Below, piece after piece: positions 57,334-64,000 of a stretch of DNA of 64,000 nucleotides (position 1 is its first letter; every line of letters starts with the position of its first letter). The stretch is from Polyangiales bacterium. Its GTDB lineage: Bacteria > Myxococcota_A > Polyangia > Polyangiales > Houyiibacteriaceae. The notes below the pieces were generated by a model, which was given only the letters and a program-made list of their open reading frames with translations, made no database searches and was not told the origin of the DNA. The stretch spans positions 77,931 to 141,930 of the forward strand of contig JBGCFM010000024.1 of NCBI GenBank assembly GCA_045106895.1. The letters run 5' to 3'. Made by a program: the position numbers and the translations under genes.

Positions 57334-58101
57334 ATGCGTTGCTTTGTCTTGGTCCTCTCTGCCCTCGTTTTTGCCGGTTGTTCCGACAAATCCCCTCCGA
57401 CTTGGCCTGCGGACGGAACGCTGGAGATTGAAACGACAGCCAACAGCGCGACCCTCGAATGGCCCACAGCCGCGGACGATACCGGCGTGACGCGTCTCGT
57501 CGTCCGCCTCGGCGACGAAGACATCGCGGAGCTCGCCGGTGACGCCACGGAGTATGAAGCGACGGGTCTGAACGGGGAAACGGCGCTGCGCTTCGCCGTC
57601 ATCGCCGTGGACGAAGCCGGAAACCGCTCCGAGCCACTCGAAGGAAGCGGTCTCACGCTGGATGGAACCTCACCTCGTTGGCCCGCCGGAGCTGTTCTCG
57701 AGCACGCGGACGGCATGTTCCGCTGGAGCGCGGCGAGCGACGCAACGGGCGTCAGCGCCTACGTCCTGAAGCTCGGCGACGAAGAGCTTACGCGCACTTC
57801 CACGGGCATGTTCGCCTACGAGGGTGAGCCCGCGGGCGCCGTCGTCATCGCCTTCGACGCCGCGGGCAACGAGTCACGGCCTTTGGCTTGGCAAGACGGA
57901 CAGACGCTTGAGGACGTCGCTGAGGTCGTCGAAGCGCAGCTCCCAGCGCTCATCGACAACCCCGGGCTGGCCCGCCCGCTCTCGGATCGAATCGGGAGCA
58001 CGGTCAACCGCCTGCGCGACGGTGTCGTTCCGCGCCTCGACCGCAACCGCATCAAGAACGAGCGTCTCCAAGAGATCGCTCAGATGCGTACCATCCGCTG
58101 A
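57334..58101 (+). CDS. Fibronectin type III lipoprotein
   Basis: VFAGC lipobox; W..A.DD.GV and A.D.AGN.S motifs twice. Confidence 0.8.
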   Translation: MRCFVLVLSALVFAGCSDKSPPTWPADGTLEIETTANSATLEWPTAADDTGVTRLVVRLGDEDIAELAGDATEYEATGLNGETALRFAVIAVDEAGNRSEPLEGSGLTLDGTSPRWPAGAVLEHADGMFRWSAASDATGVSAYVLKLGDEELTRTSTGMFAYEGEPAGAVVIAFDAAGNESRPLAWQDGQTLEDVAEVVEAQLPALIDNPGLARPLSDRIGSTVNRLRDGVVPRLDRNRIKNERLQEIAQMRTIR

Positions 58102-58191
58102 GCGTCGCGAAGGAGTTCGCCGAACTCGAAAAAAGAACACAACTGAGGAATCGCAGCGTCGAGACCGGGCACCAACTCAAGGAGCCCCACG

Positions 58192-58812
58192 ATGCGATTC
58201 TTTCCACTCTTCTCTCTTCTCTGCTGCGCCCTTCTCTTGCCTGCCTGCATGGCCCCGGCGTCGTCCTCGGATTCTGCCCTGGGCTTCGAACACGACTTTG
58301 ACCTCGGTCCTTCCATCGACGTTTCCATCGATGATGAATACGCCGTCTCCTCACAAAACACGGACTTCGCGCTTGGCTTCGACGTGCCCTTCGAAGAGGC
58401 CGTCGATCCGCGCCTCGAACCCGAATGCGGCTGCGTCTTTCCTGGTGAGCACGAGCAGATCGCCGTCGCTTGTGGCGGGGCCGTTTGCTTAGAGGAACAG
58501 AGCTACTTCTGCACGTACGAAGGCGTCGCCGTCGCCATCGGCGAGTGCATCGGACTCACCGATGGCGAACTGGACCTCACGGACTACGAGTTCCCCAGCG
58601 AAGAAGCGTCTCCATCCAGCTGCCATGGAAATGCCGGCGAGTGCGAAGGCGACACCTCGCTGACGTGCGAAAGCAAAGCCGGCTGCACGTTTTTGCCAAA
58701 CGGCGAGTGCATTGGCGCGCCGATCCGGTGTTCCAGTCGTATCCCCGCAGCCTGCACCCAGTTCGGCGGCGAGTGTTTTCATGTAAACCCATTCGACGCG
58801 GACGGCGTCTGA
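58192..58812 (+). CDS. Cys-rich acidic lipoprotein
   Basis: AAGGAG RBS; LLPAC lipobox; many Cys. Confidence 0.7.
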   Translation: MRFFPLFSLLCCALLLPACMAPASSSDSALGFEHDFDLGPSIDVSIDDEYAVSSQNTDFALGFDVPFEEAVDPRLEPECGCVFPGEHEQIAVACGGAVCLEEQSYFCTYEGVAVAIGECIGLTDGELDLTDYEFPSEEASPSSCHGNAGECEGDTSLTCESKAGCTFLPNGECIGAPIRCSSRIPAACTQFGGECFHVNPFDADGV

Positions 58813-59035
58813 GCTTTTCCTCAGGCGACGGCCCAAACGCAGCGGCTGGGAGTATGAGCGAAGGACGGCCGCTCAGGTCGTTGCAGGGGGTGTCGTACTG
58901 CAATCGCACGCGGCGAAGGCGAGGGAGACAGCGAGCCAAGGAATAAGGGAGGAGCGCATCTCCCGAGTGTACCAAATGGCGATGAATCGTCACTGCGCGC
59001 TTGCGCTACAGTCTCGCCGAGTCGGCGTCCTCGCC

Positions 59036-60607
59036 TTAGTGGTGTGGCGTCACCGGCGTGACGGGCCAGAACTCGCCCTTCTTCGCTTCGGTCTCTAGGA
59101 GCTCCATGAGCGCGAGGAGGCGATGCTCTTCCCACGGTCGGCCGACGAGCTGAACGCCGACGGGCAGGCCGATGCTCTTGGACTCGATGGACGCGGCGCG
59201 TTTGTCGAGTCGGTCGCGGACGCCGGTTCGGTTCACTTCGTCGGGCCGCACGCGGCTGATGGGCACGACGCCGCAGGGGCGGTCGAGGTAGTTGTAGCGC
59301 GCGAGGTTCACGAAGCTGAGGGTGAAGTCGTGGCTTTCGCCGTGGGGCGGCGCCGGGGTGACGAGCGCCGGCGTGATCACGGCGTCGATGCCTTCACGCT
59401 CCCACGCGGCGCACTCTTCGAGGCGATGACGGTTTCGTTCGGCGATGAGAGCCCAGAAGTCCACCATGCGCTTCTCGCCGAGGGACTCGAGCATCTTCGG
59501 CACTCGCGTCTCGCCCATAAGGCCGAGCGCCTTGGCCAGGGCGATGCGCGCCTGTCGCGGCATCTTGGTGAGCCGCGCCATGGTGCGAAGCGGCTGAATG
59601 AAGGGGTCGTCGCCCATCGCCTTGAAGAGAGTCTCGCCGCCGTCGGCGCTGATGCCTCGGAAGTAGCCGTAGACGATCTCTTCGACGTTCGGTGGGTCGA
59701 AGCGAACGACTTCGATGCCGGCTTTCTCCAGGAGCGAGACGGACTCACGGATGGCGCGCCGGACCGAGGCCGCGGGCGTGAAGTAGCCGTCGTCTTCGTA
59801 GTAGCCAACGCGCATCGCCTTGGGGTCAACGGCGGCGGGGTCGGGGAAAGGGTGCGGGACGACGCGTGGGTCGAAGGGCGCCTGTTTCGTCGGGTCGAGG
59901 GCGCGCATGTAGAGCGCGAGGTCGCGAACGCTTCGTGCCAACGGGCCGGTCTGGCTGCGGATGAACTCCTGGCCCACGATGGCGCTGGACGAGCCAATGT
60001 TCGACCAGCGATCGCCCGTGGGCTTGATGCCGACGACGCCGCAGAGCGCTGCCGGGGAGCGGATGCTGCCGCCGATGTCTGTGCCGATGCCCATGGGGCT
60101 CATGCCCGTCGCCACCGCGGCTCCTTCGCCGCCGCTGGAGCCGCCACTGCCGTGACCGAGGTTCCAGGGGTTGTTCGTCGTGCCGAATAGCTCGTTCGTC
60201 GACTCGAGTGGAGCGAGGAGCGTCTGGGGAATGTTTGTCTTGCCCAGAATGATGGCGCCTTCGCTTCGCGTGACCCGAACCGTCACGGCGTCACGGGATG
60301 CGGGGTTTCCGACGCGGCTACGCATTCCAAGGGTGGAGGCGAGGCCGAGCGTGTCCACGGACTCCTTGATGGACACGGGGATGCCATGGAGGACGCCGCT
60401 GGCTTCGCCGGCCGCGCGCTCCGCATCGCAGGACTTGGCTCGCTCCATGGATGAACGCCGGAGCTGGTGGGCAAAGGCGCCGACCTTGGGTTCGATGGCG
60501 TCGGCTCGCGCGTGAAGCGACTCGACGATCTCCACGGAGGAGACATCACCAGCGTCCAGCAAGGAGCGAAGCTCCGTTGCATCACAATCGAAAAGGGAGC
60601 GGCTCAT
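59036..60607 (-). CDS. Amidase signature enzyme (fatty-acid amide hydrolase-like)
   Basis: GIPVSIKE, GKTNIPQ, GGSSGGEG, GTDIGGSIR, GLPVGVQLVG. Confidence 0.92.
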   Translation of the reverse strand: MSRSLFDCDATELRSLLDAGDVSSVEIVESLHARADAIEPKVGAFAHQLRRSSMERAKSCDAERAAGEASGVLHGIPVSIKESVDTLGLASTLGMRSRVGNPASRDAVTVRVTRSEGAIILGKTNIPQTLLAPLESTNELFGTTNNPWNLGHGSGGSSGGEGAAVATGMSPMGIGTDIGGSIRSPAALCGVVGIKPTGDRWSNIGSSSAIVGQEFIRSQTGPLARSVRDLALYMRALDPTKQAPFDPRVVPHPFPDPAAVDPKAMRVGYYEDDGYFTPAASVRRAIRESVSLLEKAGIEVVRFDPPNVEEIVYGYFRGISADGGETLFKAMGDDPFIQPLRTMARLTKMPRQARIALAKALGLMGETRVPKMLESLGEKRMVDFWALIAERNRHRLEECAAWEREGIDAVITPALVTPAPPHGESHDFTLSFVNLARYNYLDRPCGVVPISRVRPDEVNRTGVRDRLDKRAASIESKSIGLPVGVQLVGRPWEEHRLLALMELLETEAKKGEFWPVTPVTPHH

Positions 60608-60709
60608 GAGAGCGCACTTATCGGCCTAGTACGTCCAGCGTCAAGGGCGGAGAGTGGCTTTCTGCCGCTTTGCAGGGCTTTTCTGCGAAGGCGTTCCTCG
60701 TCTGGTCGC

Positions 60710-61666
60710 CTAGGCGCCGGCGTCGGCGAGGACTTTGCCGAGGCGGTCGAGATCTTCCTGCGGCAAGTAGGGCGGCTTTCCGGCCATGCGCGCCGCGTCT
60801 TGGACTTGTGTAGGCCGACGCGCGCCAAGAACCGCAGAGGTGACGCCTTTTTGGCCAAGGACGTAGCGCATCGCTGCTGTGGCGAGGTTCTCAACGTCGC
60901 CTTTGACCAGGTATCGCAGCTTGTTGACCGTGCGAACGCGTGTCTTGAGGGCCCCGCTGGTCCAGCGCGTGGAGCGGTGATCGTCTTCAGCGAAGCGGCG
61001 GTACTCCGTCCAACGACCGGTGAGCAGGCCGTGACAGAGGGGACTCCGCGCGAGGACGCCGCATCCAGAAGTCTCGATCTCCGCCTCGAGATCCTGAAGA
61101 TCGTCGGCGTGAAGCATGTTCACCGGAAGGCAGATGGCGTCGATGCCCTTGTTGAGGGCAGTGCGGGCGACGTCGATGTTTGCCGTGGAAATGCCGAAGG
61201 CGCGAATCATGCCCTCGGCTTTGAGGCGCTTGGCCAGCTCGTAGACCTTCTCGTCGAGGACCACTTCTTCCGGCGGGTCATGAAGCAGCCACAGGTCGAC
61301 CCAGTCGGTGTCCAGCCGCTCCAGAGACGCTTCGCAGTCCGCTTCGAGGCTCTCGACGTCGAAGCGTTTCGAGATGTTGTCGTTCTCCCACACGACGCCG
61401 GCACGTGTGACGTAGCGGACCTTGTCGCGCTTGTCTTTGAACGTCTCGCCCACGATGGTCTCCGCGGCGCCGGCGCCCCAAAGGGGTGCCATGTCGAAGA
61501 CGTTGATGCCGGCGCTCAGCGCGGCCTCCAGGGTCTCCTTGATGACATCGTCGCTGATGGGTCCGCTCGCGCCGGTGAGCGCCCAGAGCCCAAGCGCGAC
61601 CTCCGAGAAGTCCATGTCGGTCTTGCCGAGTTTACGTCGCTGAACTTGTTCGCCGGTCTCACTCAC
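60710..61666 (-). CDS. Aldo/keto reductase
   Basis: GIN.FD.A..WG.G.AE, SLERLDTDWVDLWLLH, G.IRAFGIS, RSPL..GLLTG. Confidence 0.9.
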   Translation of the reverse strand: MSETGEQVQRRKLGKTDMDFSEVALGLWALTGASGPISDDVIKETLEAALSAGINVFDMAPLWGAGAAETIVGETFKDKRDKVRYVTRAGVVWENDNISKRFDVESLEADCEASLERLDTDWVDLWLLHDPPEEVVLDEKVYELAKRLKAEGMIRAFGISTANIDVARTALNKGIDAICLPVNMLHADDLQDLEAEIETSGCGVLARSPLCHGLLTGRWTEYRRFAEDDHRSTRWTSGALKTRVRTVNKLRYLVKGDVENLATAAMRYVLGQKGVTSAVLGARRPTQVQDAARMAGKPPYLPQEDLDRLGKVLADAGA

Positions 61667-61746
61667 GCGCGCAGCTTACACATCTCGCGGGACCTCGTCG
61701 CGGAAGAAAACCACGGCCCCACGGGGTGCGTGCTATAGGGTCCGCC

Positions 61747-63126
61747 ATGGCTCGCGCACGGAAACTGGTCGTCGTCTCGAATCGCGGGCCGTATCGACGA
61801 GAAGGTGGCCGCTGGGTTCGGTCCGCGGGTGGCCTCGTCGCCGCGCTGCACCCCATGCTCGCGGATCGCGGCGGGGTGTGGGTGAGCGCCAAGCAGGCGC
61901 AGCACTTTGAGACCGTCGAGGACACGCCGGACGTGGCGTACGATCTCGCGGAAGTCCGCATCAACAAGAAGCTCCAAAAGGGCTTCTACATGGGCGTGAG
62001 CAACGCGATCCTGTGGCCGCTGCTGCACAGCTTTCCCACCACGATGCGCGTGAGCGAGGCGCCTTGGCCGGACTACGTCAAGGCGAACGAAGAGTTCACC
62101 AAGGTGATCATCGGCGCCAGCAAGCCGGCGGACACGGTGTGGATTCAGGATTATCACCTGATGCTCGTTCCCGGGATGCTGCGGAAGAAGCGCGCGCGTT
62201 CCCGCATTGGCTGGTTCTGCCATGTGCCCTGGCCTCCTCAGACGCTCTTCGGAATTCTCCCGTGGCGCCGACAGATCCTCGAAGGACTCCTCGGCGCCGA
62301 TGTCCTTGGGTTTCACACGCAGGAGTACGTCGACCACTTCCTCGAGAGCGTTGACGCCTACACGGACTTTCAAGTCGACCGCGTTCGTGGCGTGGTGAAG
62401 ATCGGACGCCGCTCCGTTCGCGTTTTGCCTGCGCCCATTGGCATCCCCGTCGATTCCCTCATGAACCTCGCCGCGGACCCACGCGTGGCGGAGGAGGTCG
62501 AAGAGCTTCGAGCGAAGATCGGCGACCGCCGGGTGTTCCTCGGCGTGGACCGCCTCGACTACACCAAGGGCATCCCGGAACGTATCCGCGCCTTCGAGCG
62601 GCTCTTGTCTCGATCGCCAGCGGCACGCAAAGAGCTGGTCCTCGTGCAGATCATGGTGCCGAGCCGCACGGACGTAGCCGCCTACGCTGAGCTCAAAGAT
62701 GACATCGATCGTTTGGTGGGCGCGGTGAACGGTCGCTTCGCCTCCACGGGCACGATCCCGGTTCAGTACTTCTACCGGAACTTCGACCAGCGCTCGCTGA
62801 TGGCTCAGTACCGCGCCGCCGACGTCGCCGTGGTGACACCACTCCGAGACGGGATGAACCTCGTCGCCCACGAATACGTGGCGTCGCGGGTGGAGAACGA
62901 CGGGGTGCTCATCTTGAGCGAGTTCGCCGGCGCTGCGAACTTCCTTAGCGACGCGCTCCTCGTAAACCCCTACGACGTGGAGAGCATCACGGACGCTATG
63001 GAAGAAGCTCTGGCGATGTCGTCGCGCCAGAAAACGAAGCGCATCAAGAGGCTCCGCACCGCCATCAAAGAGCTCGACGTGCATCGCTGGGCGGATGACT
63101 ACCTTCGGCTCCTTGAGCACGGCTGA
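61747..63126 (+). CDS. otsA: Trehalose-6-phosphate synthase
   Basis: [56 protein letters not shown]. Confidence 0.95.
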   Translation: MARARKLVVVSNRGPYRREGGRWVRSAGGLVAALHPMLADRGGVWVSAKQAQHFETVEDTPDVAYDLAEVRINKKLQKGFYMGVSNAILWPLLHSFPTTMRVSEAPWPDYVKANEEFTKVIIGASKPADTVWIQDYHLMLVPGMLRKKRARSRIGWFCHVPWPPQTLFGILPWRRQILEGLLGADVLGFHTQEYVDHFLESVDAYTDFQVDRVRGVVKIGRRSVRVLPAPIGIPVDSLMNLAADPRVAEEVEELRAKIGDRRVFLGVDRLDYTKGIPERIRAFERLLSRSPAARKELVLVQIMVPSRTDVAAYAELKDDIDRLVGAVNGRFASTGTIPVQYFYRNFDQRSLMAQYRAADVAVVTPLRDGMNLVAHEYVASRVENDGVLILSEFAGAANFLSDALLVNPYDVESITDAMEEALAMSSRQKTKRIKRLRTAIKELDVHRWADDYLRLLEHG

Positions 63127-63128
63127 GC

Positions 63129-63863
63129 GTGCCGTCCATCGTCAAAGACCTTCTCGCGCTCCCAAGCCCCTGGCTCCTCGCCTTTGACGTCGACGGAACC
63201 CTCGCGCCTATCGTGGAAGACGCCGCCAAAGCGATGGTCCCGGAGTCCACGCGCCGTCGGCTGGTTGAACTGGCTGGCCACCCGGACGTACACGTCGCGT
63301 TTTTGACCGGGCGTGACGCGCCGGCGCTCGCGCGTATGTTGCCTATCCACGACATGTGGCGTGCCGTCGACCACGGGCTCGTCTTGCTCGCGCCGGGCGA
63401 ATCCGAGACCCCGGCGCTTTCGCCCAGCGAAGTGAAAGCCCTCGAGGACTACGCGCTCTTCGTCGACTCCCTGGGGATCCGAACCGAGCGTAAAGAGCGA
63501 AGCGTCGGCGCCCATGTGCGCGGCATCGAAGGAGGCGAGGCGATTCTTGTGGACGCTGAGCGAGAAGCCAAAGCTCGCGGCTTCCATGTCCGCCATGGCC
63601 GCGCGCTCATCGAGGCTTCCTTCGCCCACGGCGACAAAGGCGCCGCTCTGAAGCACATCGCCAAAGCCACCGGCGCGGGCTCCATCCTATTCGCGGGCGA
63701 CGACCTCACGGACATCCCAGCCATCGACGTCGCGTCGAAGAATGGGATCGGCGTGTTCGTGGAGAGCGACGAGGGACCCGATGCCCCTCCTGGATCCCGG
63801 ACGGTTCCGGGACCCGAAGGCGTCGACGCGCTCCTCGCCGAGTTCCAGTACCTGCTCCGCTAG
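63129..63863 (+). CDS. otsB: Trehalose-6-phosphate phosphatase (HAD)
   Basis: FDVDGTLAPIV, TGR, DKG.A, AGDDLTD; directly follows otsA. Confidence 0.9.
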   Translation: MPSIVKDLLALPSPWLLAFDVDGTLAPIVEDAAKAMVPESTRRRLVELAGHPDVHVAFLTGRDAPALARMLPIHDMWRAVDHGLVLLAPGESETPALSPSEVKALEDYALFVDSLGIRTERKERSVGAHVRGIEGGEAILVDAEREAKARGFHVRHGRALIEASFAHGDKGAALKHIAKATGAGSILFAGDDLTDIPAIDVASKNGIGVFVESDEGPDAPPGSRTVPGPEGVDALLAEFQYLLR

Positions 63864-63897
63864 TGTGCGATTCAAAAATCTTGAGGGGGCTTTCTCG

Positions 63898-63999
63898 TCA
63901 GCGCTGCTCAGCCCGGCGTTGCTCGTCGTCGAAATATCCAGATATTCCTCCTCCTCGCGCCTTGGTCTGAACAGCGCTGCCTTCGCCTTCCCCCTCAAC
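63898..63999 (-). CDS. Probable C-terminal fragment of a gene entering from the right edge
   Basis: Open frame VEGEGEGSAVQTKARGGGISGYFDDEQRRAEQR* ending at TGA 63898, convergent on otsB. Confidence 0.4.
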   Translation of the reverse strand, partial: VEGEGEGSAVQTKARGGGISGYFDDEQRRAEQR

Positions 64000-64000
64000 C

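Noticed and set aside
63687..63998. 103-aa minus-strand ORF at the right edge
   Set aside because: It overlaps otsB antisense; a different frame ending at 63898 is a more plausible gene end.

Overview
GC-rich (roughly two-thirds G+C by eye), gene-dense chromosomal segment. It looks myxobacterial (Myxococcota, Polyangia/Sandaracinaceae-like): Hanks-type kinases, an FHA-sigma54 activator, TPR/PEGA proteins, many Cys-rich lipoproteins and long Pro/acidic linkers. Housekeeping genes include class II DAHP synthase, tatB/tatC, ccmA/ccmB, rpe, mpl, suhB-like, otsA/otsB and an L,D-transpeptidase. The standout locus is a minus-strand RiPP-like cluster at 46.3-49.1 kb. It has a PlpX/splicease-like radical SAM-SPASM enzyme translationally coupled to two paralogous small proteins, each built as Zn-ribbon, twin-Arg plus lipobox-like Cys, Pro/Glu stalk and a C-terminal A-x-Y-G-x-A-P-basic tail. 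This suggests membrane-anchored proteins carrying alpha-keto-beta-amino-acid warheads, with Leu versus Arg at the modified position (inference). Other notable modules are: an NrtR/macrodomain/DUF4291 ADP-ribose locus with two visible tandem GT-N7-AC operators; a MoxR-like AAA + DUF2201-vWA + BRCT/LRR trio; a carotenoid-oxygenase + two-thiolase operon; a kinase lacking its catalytic residues; and tandem DUF4139 genes. No rRNA, tRNA, CRISPR array or transposase was recognised. All family assignments come from motif recognition by eye, not from database searches.
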